Part shown: one piece after another, positions 37,641-47,498 of the stretch
Numbering within the stretch: position 1 is the first letter of the stretch
Layout of the letters: every line of letters begins with the position of its first letter
Assembly (NCBI GenBank): GCA_044222185.1
Contig: JBGANV010000006.1
Span: 64,001 to 128,000 of the forward strand
Source of the DNA: Planctomycetota bacterium
GTDB lineage: Bacteria > Planctomycetota > GCA-002687715 > CAIWVZ01
Length of the DNA stretch: 64,000 bases
Direction: 5' to 3'
Notes under the pieces: generated by a model
Databases searched by the model: none
What the model was told of the DNA's origin: nothing
The model's input: only the letters and a program-made list of their open reading frames with translations
Translations under genes and position numbers: made by a program

Positions 37641-40217
37641 ATGAAGAAGACCCTCGGCGTCGTGCTCGTCGCGACCGTTGCGACGTTCTCTTCGCTGTCG
37701 ACTCGCTGCGACCGATCGCAACCACCGCATACCAAGGGAACGGACTGCTACGCGACGCTCGGTCGCCCCGCATCTGGAGCCGTCTCGACCCCGACTCGGA
37801 ACTCGACTTCCTCCTCGACGACGGAAGCTCTGTCGCGTCGTCCTCTGCCTCTTTCGTTCATCGAGAATCATGGCCAGTTCGCACCGGAGGTCGGACTCGC
37901 GGTGACGAGCGGGCTGAACACCACCTTCATCGGTCGCGACTTCTATCTGCTTCAGGTCGTCACCGAATCGGACGACCGCACGTCGAAGGTCGCGCACGGC
38001 GCGAACGTCCGGTTCACCTTCGACGGCTGCGAGCCCACGTCGATCGTGCGAGGTGCCGGACCACTGCCCGGGCGGGTCAACTACCTCACGCACCCGAATG
38101 AATCGGACTGGATCGTCGACGTTCCCACCTGGTCGCACGCGCGCATCGAAGGCGTGCGCCACGGGGCGTCGGTCGTCTTCCATGAGAATGGCGGCCAGCT
38201 CGAGTACGACCTGGAACTCGCTCCGGGCACGGACGCCTCCGCCGTAGTGATGCACTGCGAGGGAAGCACGAGCCTCGAGATCGACCCGTCGGGCGCGCTC
38301 GTGATCGGCACGGCCGTCGGCGCGATCAAACAGGAAGCTCCCCGCGCGTGGGTGTCGAACTCTGACGGCACTCGCCGGGAAGTTCCGACGCACTTCCGCG
38401 TCACCGATGGTGAGCGGGTGACGATCGAGGTCCCCGAGCGGCAGTTGGGCGAGCCGCTTCTCATCGACCCGACGATCGTGTTCTCGGGCCGCATCAGCGG
38501 ATCGAGCTACGAAACCGGCCGGAGCATCGCCGTCGACGCCCTCGGCAACGTCTTCGTCGCGGGGAAGACCTCGTCGACGACGTTCCCGTTGACCCCGGGT
38601 GCGTTCGACAGCACGTTCAACAACACCGAGGGGTTCGTCACGAAGATCAACCCGGCGGGCACCGCGATGGTGTTCTCGACGTACATCGGCTCGACCGGCG
38701 CCGACGACGTCTTCGGATTGAGGATCGATTCACAGAGCCGCGCCGTCATCACGGGGCGCTGCGGCACGGCATTCCCGGTGACTTCGGGTGCCTACGACAC
38801 GTCGCAGAACGGCTGGACCGACGTCTTCGTCACCAAGCTCAATCCGGCGGGGAACGGGCTCGTCTTCAGCACGTACTTCGGCGGCAACCTGGACGACATC
38901 GTCGGAGACATCCGCCTGGATGCGACCGGCAACGTCATCATCGCGGGGAGCACGGCCTCGACGACGTTGCCCACGACGAGCGGCGCATTCGACACGACCC
39001 CGAACGGCGGATGGGATGCCTTCGTCGCCAAGCTTTCAGCGACGGGTAACTCCCTGCTGTTCTCGACGCGGCTCGGCGGTGCCGGGCAGGACTCGGTCAC
39101 CGCGATCGCCATCAATGGCCAGGGGCAGGTGATCGTCACCGGGGCGACGGCATCCACGGATTTCCCCACGACCCCGACGTCGTTCGACACCACGTTCAAT
39201 GGCACCACGGACGCGTTCGTCACGGCGTTCAATCCCACGTGCTCGACCCTCGTGTTCTCGACGTTCCTCGGCGGAATCGGGGCCGACCAGGCACTGGCGC
39301 TCGACCTGGATGCGACGACGGGTGCGATCTACCTGACCGGGCAGGCCTATGACGGCTACCCGGTGACGCCCGGTGCGTTCAGCACCATTCCCCATGTGGG
39401 CGCCGAGGCCTTCCTGACGAGCCTCTCGCCGCAGGGCGACGTCCTGAACTTCTCGACCTTCCTCGGTGGCTCGGGCGGCGATGCGACGTATTCGATCGCC
39501 GTGGCCTCCTCGGGAGAGGTGTTCGTCGCCGGATACACCAACTCTCCCGACTTCCCCGCAACGGTCGGCGGCATCCTCCCCGGCTTCGTCGGCGGCGGCG
39601 TACCCGGCGACGGTTTCGTCTCGAAGTTCACCTCGGCTGGAGGTCTGGTCTACAGCACGTTCGTCGGTGGCAACGGATCCGATCAGATCCGACAGATCGT
39701 CCTCGATCCGTCGGGCGGCGTCTACGTCGTCGGCACGACGGCATCGACCGACCTTCCGACGACCGCTCCGCCGTTCTCCAACCAGGCCGGTCTGGACGAC
39801 GCGTTCTTCATGAAGATCGACATGGGCCCCGGCGCGAACGTCACGCCGGTCGGCCCCGGGTGCACGCCCGGTGGCCCGGCGCCGTCGGCCGCAGGTGACC
39901 GTCCGTACGTGGGGCAGGCCATGCTCCTCAGCGGCGCTGGCGCCGAACCGAACGCGATCGGCACGATCTTCGTGGGTGTCCCTGGATCCTCGACCCTCAC
40001 GCCTTGGAACTGCTCGGTCTACGTGAACGTTGCGGCGCTGGCCGTTCCCATGACGTTCTCGACGGACGCCCAGGGTTCGTGGTCCACGCTCGCCGTCGTT
40101 CCCCCGATGTCGTCCCTCGTCGGGGCCGTCGGCAACATGCAGGCCGTGGTGTTCGCGCCCGCGAACCCCTGGGGCTACCAGCTCACCGAAGGCCTCGCCC
40201 TCCAGTTCGGGTTCTGA
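37641..40217 (+). CDS. Secreted SBBP-repeat beta-propeller protein, paralog 2
   Basis: Same architecture as paralog 1 (FIENHGQ, LEYD, LLIDP, SBBP repeats); ends LQFGF. Confidence 0.92.
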   Translation: MKKTLGVVLVATVATFSSLSTRCDRSQPPHTKGTDCYATLGRPASGAVSTPTRNSTSSSTTEALSRRPLPLSFIENHGQFAPEVGLAVTSGLNTTFIGRDFYLLQVVTESDDRTSKVAHGANVRFTFDGCEPTSIVRGAGPLPGRVNYLTHPNESDWIVDVPTWSHARIEGVRHGASVVFHENGGQLEYDLELAPGTDASAVVMHCEGSTSLEIDPSGALVIGTAVGAIKQEAPRAWVSNSDGTRREVPTHFRVTDGERVTIEVPERQLGEPLLIDPTIVFSGRISGSSYETGRSIAVDALGNVFVAGKTSSTTFPLTPGAFDSTFNNTEGFVTKINPAGTAMVFSTYIGSTGADDVFGLRIDSQSRAVITGRCGTAFPVTSGAYDTSQNGWTDVFVTKLNPAGNGLVFSTYFGGNLDDIVGDIRLDATGNVIIAGSTASTTLPTTSGAFDTTPNGGWDAFVAKLSATGNSLLFSTRLGGAGQDSVTAIAINGQGQVIVTGATASTDFPTTPTSFDTTFNGTTDAFVTAFNPTCSTLVFSTFLGGIGADQALALDLDATTGAIYLTGQAYDGYPVTPGAFSTIPHVGAEAFLTSLSPQGDVLNFSTFLGGSGGDATYSIAVASSGEVFVAGYTNSPDFPATVGGILPGFVGGGVPGDGFVSKFTSAGGLVYSTFVGGNGSDQIRQIVLDPSGGVYVVGTTASTDLPTTAPPFSNQAGLDDAFFMKIDMGPGANVTPVGPGCTPGGPAPSAAGDRPYVGQAMLLSGAGAEPNAIGTIFVGVPGSSTLTPWNCSVYVNVAALAVPMTFSTDAQGSWSTLAVVPPMSSLVGAVGNMQAVVFAPANPWGYQLTEGLALQFGF

Positions 40218-40500
40218 ACGCGCGGGCGCGTCCTCACGCGCCGCGCATCCCCCGTCGGGCCAAAACCCGCAAGAAACTGCAGAGACCGGATCTCGGAGCA
40301 GACTGTTCCGCGGGGGATTCACCGTCTATGCTTCACGGCCAATCCCGCGCGGCCTCGCGCCGTCATCCCGTTCCCACGACCGAAAGCCGTGATCCATGCG
40401 ACTCCGCCGACCCCTGCGGTGCGCCTGGGCCGCTGACGCCCTCAGCCCGGCGATCGCGTCACATGGATCAAACGCGCTCCAAGAGCCGGAGATCGCCCGC

Positions 40501-42990
40501 ATGACCTGCCAGTCGCTTCGAACCTTCGTCCTCGCGTTCCTTCTCCTCGGTGTCTCGGGGGGCACGTCGTCCGCCCAGGGATCCGCCGGGTCGCCAGGGG
40601 GGAACCCGAATGCCGCATGGGCCGGATTGCCGCTCGTGTTCGCGCACAACGCCGGACAGCACGACGCATGGACGAGGTACTCGGCGCGGTGGGGGGGCGT
40701 GGCGGCGTTCGTCGGCGACTCTGGCATGCGGCTCACGGTGATGAAGAACGGGCCGAGCCGCGTCGTCGAAGGTGACACCGGGGCGAACGTTCGCCTGACG
40801 TTCGATCAGGCTCGCGACGGCGTCGTCGCGAAGGGGACGGATCTCCGCGAGACACGGTTCAACTATTTCCTCGGAAACGACCCCAAGGGTTGGTTCACCG
40901 ACGTGGCGACCTTCGGCAGCATCGCCTGGCACGAGGTGTGGACCGGCATCGACGCGCGGCTCTACGACGGCGGCGGACGCTTCGAGTACGACTTCGTGGT
41001 GAAGCCCGGCGCCACATCCAGCGACGTCGTGGTCCGGGTCGCCGGGTGCGACGGGCTCGCGATCCGCGACGACGGCGCTCTCGTCATCGCGACGGCCGTC
41101 GGCAACCTGATCCAGCCTCGCCCCAAGGCGTGGCTCCTCGGCGCCGATGGCACGAAGACGAGTGTTGCGTGTGCATTCCGCCTCATCGACGAAGGGCGCT
41201 TCGGCTTCGCCGTCGAGGGCGATGGCGCGCGTACCCTCGTGATCGACCCGTCGATCGTGTGGGGCGGATACATCGGCGGGACGAGCTTCGATTCCGGATT
41301 TGGAATCGCCGTCAACGCTGCCGGGAACGCATTCGTCTGCGGGCGAACGGCCTCCACCGACTTCCCCGTCACGGCTGGCGCGTTCGATACCTCGCGCTCG
41401 GGCCCCGAGGATGCGTTCGTCGCGAAGATCGCCGCCAGCGGTGCATCCGTCGTCTGGGCCACGTTCATCGGCGGCACAGGTCTCGATTTCGCCAACGTCG
41501 TGAAGGTGGACGCGTCCGACCAGGTGGTCATCGCGGGGTTGGCCTCGGGCTCCTTCCCGACGCCAGTCGGCTTCGACACGACCTACAACGGCAACGCGGA
41601 TGCGTTCGTCACGAAGTTCAACGCTGCGGGCAATGGCATCGTCTTCTCGACCTACCTCGGCAGCAACAACCAGGACGTGGCGACCGGCCTCGCACTGGCG
41701 CCCACGGGCGAAGTCACTGCGTGTGGCGCAGTCCAGGGCACGGGGTTCCCGTACCAGCCGGGTTCGTTCCAGAGCACGCCGACCGGTGACTGGGAGGCCT
41801 TCGCGTGCCGGTTGAGCGCCGCGGGAACTGCCCTCCAATTCTGCGCCCGGCTCGGCGGAGCGGGCTTCGACACGGCAAACGGTGTCGCGATCGACTCCAC
41901 CGGCAACACCTACGTGGCGATCAGCACCGAATCGGTGGGCGTCTCGACGACGGCCGGCGCCATCCAGGCGAACAACGGCGGGGGAGCCTCGGACGTCTAC
42001 CTCGCGAAACTCAACGTCGCCGGGTCGGCTCTCGTCTATGCGACCTACCTGGGCGGGATCGGCGCCGACCAAGCGACGGGGATCACGCTCATCGGCAACG
42101 ACGCGGTGATCGTCGGCCAGGCATTCGCGGGATTCCCGACGACACCCGGAGCGCTCCAACCGGTCGCCAACAACGGCGACGGATTCCTCGCGCGGATCAA
42201 CGCCACGGGAACCGGCCTCGTCTTCTCGACCTTCCTCGGCGGATCCAACTTCGACAATCTCACGGGCGTCGTCGCCGACGCGAACGGCGCGATCTGTGCA
42301 GCCGGTTGGACGTCGTCCGCGGACTTCCCGGTCACACCTCAGGCCTTCATGACGACGTACGTTGGCGGCGGTTCGCCCGGTGATGCGATCGTCGTGAAGT
42401 TCTCGCCGGACGGCCACGCGTTGTCCTACAGCACGCTGATCGCCGGCGATGGCAGCGATCAGTTCCGTGGTCTTGCGCTCGATCCCGCGGGCGGGCTCTA
42501 CCTCACGGGCGTCACGGACTCGACGGATCTCCCCGTTCCGACAGGCGGTTTCCATGGCACGAGCGTCGGTCAATCCGACGGGATCGTGATGAAGATCGCG
42601 CTTCCATTGGGTGCCGCCGTGACGAGCGCCGGCGTCGGCTGCGGGGTCGCACCCGTCTTCACGTCGAGCGTGCCGTTCCTCGGTCTGCCGCTGACCCTGG
42701 ACATCACCGGCGCCACCGTGAACGCCGGGGGCTACCTGCTTCTCAGCGGCGTCCCGTCGGCCGGGACTCTCGTCGCGCCAGGCTGCACCACGGCACTGGA
42801 CCTCGCCACGCTCTCGCCCGTCGCGACGTTCGTCACGAGCGGGACAGGCACCTGGAACTTCGTCAGCGCGCCGCTTCCGCAGATCGCGGAGCTCAACACG
42901 CTCACCGTGCGGTTGCAGGTGCTGATCGTCGGCGGGCCGGCTCCGGGGTTCACGCTCAGCAACGCACTCGAGCTCCGTACGGGCTACTGA
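40501..42990 (+). CDS. Secreted SBBP-repeat beta-propeller protein, paralog 3
   Basis: GGAG RBS; signal SSA|Q; FAHNAGQ, NYFLGNDP, FEYDF, LVIDP, SBBP repeats; ends LSNALELRTGY. Confidence 0.92.
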   Translation: MTCQSLRTFVLAFLLLGVSGGTSSAQGSAGSPGGNPNAAWAGLPLVFAHNAGQHDAWTRYSARWGGVAAFVGDSGMRLTVMKNGPSRVVEGDTGANVRLTFDQARDGVVAKGTDLRETRFNYFLGNDPKGWFTDVATFGSIAWHEVWTGIDARLYDGGGRFEYDFVVKPGATSSDVVVRVAGCDGLAIRDDGALVIATAVGNLIQPRPKAWLLGADGTKTSVACAFRLIDEGRFGFAVEGDGARTLVIDPSIVWGGYIGGTSFDSGFGIAVNAAGNAFVCGRTASTDFPVTAGAFDTSRSGPEDAFVAKIAASGASVVWATFIGGTGLDFANVVKVDASDQVVIAGLASGSFPTPVGFDTTYNGNADAFVTKFNAAGNGIVFSTYLGSNNQDVATGLALAPTGEVTACGAVQGTGFPYQPGSFQSTPTGDWEAFACRLSAAGTALQFCARLGGAGFDTANGVAIDSTGNTYVAISTESVGVSTTAGAIQANNGGGASDVYLAKLNVAGSALVYATYLGGIGADQATGITLIGNDAVIVGQAFAGFPTTPGALQPVANNGDGFLARINATGTGLVFSTFLGGSNFDNLTGVVADANGAICAAGWTSSADFPVTPQAFMTTYVGGGSPGDAIVVKFSPDGHALSYSTLIAGDGSDQFRGLALDPAGGLYLTGVTDSTDLPVPTGGFHGTSVGQSDGIVMKIALPLGAAVTSAGVGCGVAPVFTSSVPFLGLPLTLDITGATVNAGGYLLLSGVPSAGTLVAPGCTTALDLATLSPVATFVTSGTGTWNFVSAPLPQIAELNTLTVRLQVLIVGGPAPGFTLSNALELRTGY

Positions 42991-43077
42991 CGAACGCCGA
43001 TCCCGTACCTCGCAGCCGGGATCCGCGCTTCGCGCGCACCATGACGGGCCATCCGGCGGAGCGGTATGCTTCGCCCC

Positions 43078-43347
43078 ATGGCCCTCTTCATGGTCATCGA
43101 GCGTATGAAGTCCTCCGACCCTGGTCCCGTGGGCGAACGCTTCAGGAAGTTCGGCCGGATGATGCCCGCGGACGTCCAGTACGTGGCGAGCTGGCTCGAA
43201 CCGAGCGGAGCCCGCTGCTTCCAGGTCATGGAGGCGCCGGCGCGCGCGTCCCTCGACCCGTGGATCGCCGCCTGGAGCGACCTCACCGATTTCGAGGTCG
43301 TCCCCGTGCTCACGTCCGCGGAGTTCTGGGCATCACGGGGAACGTGA
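43078..43347 (+). CDS. DUF3303 family small protein
   Basis: LFMVIER...GRMMP...YVASW...RCFQVME...WSDLTDFEVVPV pattern. Confidence 0.85.
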   Translation: MALFMVIERMKSSDPGPVGERFRKFGRMMPADVQYVASWLEPSGARCFQVMEAPARASLDPWIAAWSDLTDFEVVPVLTSAEFWASRGT

Positions 43348-43552
43348 TCGAGGGTGCGCTCGACGCGCGCGCCGCTCTCGCGTCCCACTCGCGTCCCGAG
43401 CCGCGTCGGGTTCTCCGCGGCTGGCGGTGGCCGACGCATCGAGCCGGGCGATCCTCGTCGCGGTGATTTCCTCGGAGCGTTGCGTCGAGGGGCGGCACAG
43501 GTCACAACCGGGTCGTGATCGCCGAAGTCCCTGGTGCACGCGAGATGCGTGA

Positions 43553-45739
43553 ATGAGCGACGTCGTGGATGGCCGTCCGCCCCGCGTCGTGGCGTGGAGT
43601 CTCCTCTCGGTCATCGTCGTCCTCATCGCCGTCGGTGCCCAGGATGCTCGCACATGGCCCTCCGACAATCGCCCCTCGATCTGGATGCGGCAGGGTGACT
43701 CCGACCCGTGGTTCAGCGTCCTTGAGTCCGACTTCGGCGGCGATGAAGCGGTACTCGTCCGCGCGGATCGCTTCGCGCTCGATCGCTCCGATCAGACGGT
43801 CTGGCTCGCGCGGCTCGGCAAACGACTCGCCGCGCTCCCGGGGGTTTCGTCCGTCGTCGACCCGTTCCACTTGCCCGGCGGAACCTTGGCCGCCGAACCG
43901 GGGAAGGCACTGCGGGAGTCCGCCGAGCGGCGCATCGGTCACGCACTGAATCTGGCGCGCATGGATCCACCTCGTGCCGACTTCCTCGTCCGCGTTGCCG
44001 CCGATGCATCGCAGGCGACGTGCCAGGACCTCGCCGCGCGGCTGGACGAACTCGCGCGCGAAGCCGAGAGGCTCGGCATCCGCGTGGAGAAGGGCGGTCA
44101 TCCGCTCATCGCGACGGCGCTCGATGACGAGGCCCGTCGCGTCGAGAACGTCTTCTCGCCTCTCCTCGCCGTGGCGTCGCTCATCGGCGTGGCGTTGGCG
44201 CTGCGGTCGGCGCTGTTCGGCGTGATCGCCGTTCTCCCGGCGATGCTCGTCTCCGTGGGGATCCGCGTGGGACTCAAGGCGATCGGCTGGCCGGCCAACC
44301 TCATCCTCGTTTCCGTCGGACCCATCAGCTTCGTGATCGTGCTCGCGGCGAGCCTACACCTCGTGGCGTCGTTCCGCCGCGTCTTCGCTTCGGGTGCGAG
44401 CGCCGTCGCCGCGGCGCGGGCGGCGTTCCACGAGAAGCTCACGGCGGGAATCCTCGCCGGTGGCACGTCGTCCGTCGGATTCCTGGCGTGCCTGTCGAGC
44501 GGCGTCGACCCCGTGCGGCGTCTCGGCATGGCGGCGGCCGCGGCCATCGGCGCGGGCATCGCCGTCGAATACGGCGTGATTCCGGTCCTGCTCGCCGGGC
44601 TCGTCCGGAAACGGCCGGTGCTCACGCATCGCATGACGAAACGCTGGCGCCGCGTCGCGATCTTCGCCGTACGACGGCGGGCGTGCGTCGTGGGGATCAC
44701 GCTGCTCGTGATCGCGGCCGGCGGGGTGGCACCTCAGATGCTCCCCGCGGGAACGAACGCCCTCGACTACTTCCCGGTTGGTCATCGGGTCCGCGAGCAG
44801 TTCGTGCATCTCGACATGGATGGCGGCGGTCTCACGACGATCGAACTCCTCGCGCGCCGCACCGATGGAAGGCCGTGGGCCGTCACCACGCTGGCCGACG
44901 CGGCGGTCGACGAGGCGCTGTCGTCCGTCCCCGGCGTCCTCGCGGTCATCGGGCCGGAGGTCGTCGCGGCCGACGTACGGTCGACGGTGAAGCTGGGCGC
45001 GGCCGTCGCGGTGCCGCTGGCGATGCGGGAGTCGGGGCGCCTGGCGCGCGACGGGCGTTTCGCGCATTGGACGATCCGCATTCCGACGAGCGGGGCCGCC
45101 GAAACCCGAGCGCTCGCACACGCCGTGCTCACGCGCGCCCGCGCGACGCCGGTCCTGTCGCCCGCCGTAGCCGAGGTGGCGATCACGGGCAGCATCCTGC
45201 GCGTGTTCGAGGTTCAGTCCGAGCTCGTGGGAACGCTGTGGAGCTCACTCTCGCTCACGCTCGCCGTGACGATCGCCCTCTTCTTCCTCGTGATCCGCAG
45301 CTTCCGCGAGATGGTCGCGGCGTTGCTCGCGAATCTGCTGCCCGTCGGTGCCGTGCTGGTGGCTCCGTGGAGCCTGGGATGGCAGCTCGACGCCGCCACG
45401 TGCATGGTGGCGTCCGTCGTCCTCGGACTCGCCTACAACACGTTCCACCTGCTCCACGGGGCCGGTCCGTCCCCGGGGCGCTTCCGGCTCCGCCCTCCGC
45501 TGCGTTCGTTCGGTCGCGTGGGCGATCCCGCGGCGACGTCCTACCTCGTGCTCGCGCTGGGATTCTCCGTGCTGATCGCCTCGGGGTTCATTCCGACCGC
45601 GCGGTTCGGGTTCCTGACGGCACTCGGAGTCCTCTTCGCACTGCTCGGTGACTTGTTCGTCTTGCCGGCGATCTGGCTCGGCGGTCGCGTGGGGAGGTAT
45701 GCTCACGGGATGCCCCACCGGACGGATTCCTCCTCATGA
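43553..45739 (+). CDS. MMPL/RND family transporter-like membrane protein
   Basis: Two repeats of TM + extracytoplasmic loop + 5 TM; DFGGDE, TSSVGFL, LGFSVL...FIPTARFG, LLGDLFVLPA. Confidence 0.85.
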   Translation: MSDVVDGRPPRVVAWSLLSVIVVLIAVGAQDARTWPSDNRPSIWMRQGDSDPWFSVLESDFGGDEAVLVRADRFALDRSDQTVWLARLGKRLAALPGVSSVVDPFHLPGGTLAAEPGKALRESAERRIGHALNLARMDPPRADFLVRVAADASQATCQDLAARLDELAREAERLGIRVEKGGHPLIATALDDEARRVENVFSPLLAVASLIGVALALRSALFGVIAVLPAMLVSVGIRVGLKAIGWPANLILVSVGPISFVIVLAASLHLVASFRRVFASGASAVAAARAAFHEKLTAGILAGGTSSVGFLACLSSGVDPVRRLGMAAAAAIGAGIAVEYGVIPVLLAGLVRKRPVLTHRMTKRWRRVAIFAVRRRACVVGITLLVIAAGGVAPQMLPAGTNALDYFPVGHRVREQFVHLDMDGGGLTTIELLARRTDGRPWAVTTLADAAVDEALSSVPGVLAVIGPEVVAADVRSTVKLGAAVAVPLAMRESGRLARDGRFAHWTIRIPTSGAAETRALAHAVLTRARATPVLSPAVAEVAITGSILRVFEVQSELVGTLWSSLSLTLAVTIALFFLVIRSFREMVAALLANLLPVGAVLVAPWSLGWQLDAATCMVASVVLGLAYNTFHLLHGAGPSPGRFRLRPPLRSFGRVGDPAATSYLVLALGFSVLIASGFIPTARFGFLTALGVLFALLGDLFVLPAIWLGGRVGRYAHGMPHRTDSSS

Positions 45740-47427
45740 TGGCCCGCACGGCGCTCACGGTCGTGTTCGTCGGTGCCTGCCTCCTCGGGCAGAACACGGC
45801 GCGCATCGTCCTGGACGACGGACGCGAGATCGCCGTCAACCAGGGGGAGACCAGGCGGGAAGGCAACCTCACCGTCGCGCTGACGGCGGAAACGTTGACG
45901 GCGCGAAACGGGGGAGGGCCCGACGACTGGGGCGGCAACAAGTGGCCGACTGAACCCGTCTACTTCCAGCGGATCGAAGTGCGGATCCCCGGGCGCACGA
46001 TTCCGCTGTCGCCGCAGAACGGGGCGAAACCGCTGGGCGATGACCGCTGGGTTCTCGCGTCCGAGACCGACTTCAAGCACGTTCACCACAAGGCGAACGA
46101 CCCCCAGCGCGCCTGGTACGCGAAGAGCAAGACGTTCCACATGCTCGACGGCGGCGACACGTTCTATGCGCGCTTCGCACCGGCCGACGATCCGTGGGAA
46201 TGGAAGGCGTTGCCTGGCGATGCGGAGCGCAAGAAGGCACTCGCCGTCGCGAACCTCGCGCCCGAGCTGCTGCAGAAGTTTCCGCTGCTCTCACGGCTGC
46301 TCGACTTCTACACGATCCGCCCGAGTTCGAATCATCCCGATCCTCCGATCCACGATTGGGGCTGGTGGCTCAACGCGCAGAACCACGCGCGCCGCTGGCG
46401 GTCGACCAACCCACTGACCCTCCAGGGCTGGTACGGCTACACCGACATCCACGCGGCGGGCGGCGGGTTCAGCAACGGCCACTACGATCACCCCGCGTGG
46501 TTCCTCGTTCGCTACCTGCTCACGGGGGATCGCACCGCGTACACGGCGGGGCTCTACCTCATCCGCTTCAAGGTCGCCTACGGTTTGGTGGACACGGATC
46601 TGCCGCGCTCACGATGCTGGCAGCGTGGCTGGTGGCGGGGCGAGAAGGGCGATCGGCGCGGGTCGGCAGTGGGTCTCTCGGCCAACAAGGAGTGGGACCT
46701 CGGGCTCGTGCTCGCGAGCATCCTCGCACCGAACGATCCCATGATCGCCCACGGCATGGCCGTCCGCCGAGCGTCGCTCCTCGAGCGCGACGACGGCGTC
46801 GTGTGGAACGGCGCCGGTGGGGGCCGCGCGATCGGCCATTTCCTCGAGAACCTGCTCGACCACTACCACGCGACCGGTGACGCGGCCTTCAAGGAGCGCG
46901 CCGCGAGGTTCATCGAGCACGTCTTCACGAAGACAGGCGACCTTCCATATTTTCCCAACTCACTCCGCAAGGGGTGGAACGCCACGTGGGAGGAAGCCTT
47001 GGCGCACGTGTGGATCGCAAAGTGGATCGACGAGGGCATCGCACCCGGACGGCTGGACAAGTTGAAGGCCATGGTCGAGTGGCTGATCACGAACGGCGGG
47101 CGGTTCCGTTCACCCGGCGTCTACGAAGTGGCCTACGAGATCGAAGTGCCGCCGACGGAGACGTCGGTCAGGAAGTTCAACACGCCGTCGCATCAGACGT
47201 GGTGGGTGCAGGTGTGGCCGCTCGCCGAGCGTTGGTGGCCGGGCCGGTTCACCGAGGCCGCGAGTGCCTCGATGACGACGTGTCTGACCCGCATCGGACA
47301 GGGGTGGGCGCACGTGGCGAAGGGACAGCCTCCGCTCACGCCCGCGGCCTTGCAGGTGGACGATCCGGGGACAGGTCCGAGCTGCGAGAAGACCTGGCCG
47401 ATCTACCTGCACGTGCTCCGGAAGTAG
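45736..47427 (+). CDS. Secreted Trp/Tyr/His-rich protein, possible (alpha/alpha) toroid enzyme
   Basis: ATGA overlap with MMPL; signal LLG|Q; NGHYD...RYLLTGD and DHYHATGDAAFKE helical-hairpin motifs. Confidence 0.72.
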   Translation: MMARTALTVVFVGACLLGQNTARIVLDDGREIAVNQGETRREGNLTVALTAETLTARNGGGPDDWGGNKWPTEPVYFQRIEVRIPGRTIPLSPQNGAKPLGDDRWVLASETDFKHVHHKANDPQRAWYAKSKTFHMLDGGDTFYARFAPADDPWEWKALPGDAERKKALAVANLAPELLQKFPLLSRLLDFYTIRPSSNHPDPPIHDWGWWLNAQNHARRWRSTNPLTLQGWYGYTDIHAAGGGFSNGHYDHPAWFLVRYLLTGDRTAYTAGLYLIRFKVAYGLVDTDLPRSRCWQRGWWRGEKGDRRGSAVGLSANKEWDLGLVLASILAPNDPMIAHGMAVRRASLLERDDGVVWNGAGGGRAIGHFLENLLDHYHATGDAAFKERAARFIEHVFTKTGDLPYFPNSLRKGWNATWEEALAHVWIAKWIDEGIAPGRLDKLKAMVEWLITNGGRFRSPGVYEVAYEIEVPPTETSVRKFNTPSHQTWWVQVWPLAERWWPGRFTEAASASMTTCLTRIGQGWAHVAKGQPPLTPAALQVDDPGTGPSCEKTWPIYLHVLRK

Positions 47428-47498
47428 CTCCCGGCGCGCTGGACACGGGTGGTAAGCTCGCGGCCCTTCCCTGAGACAACCCCCACGTGGAGTTCCCC

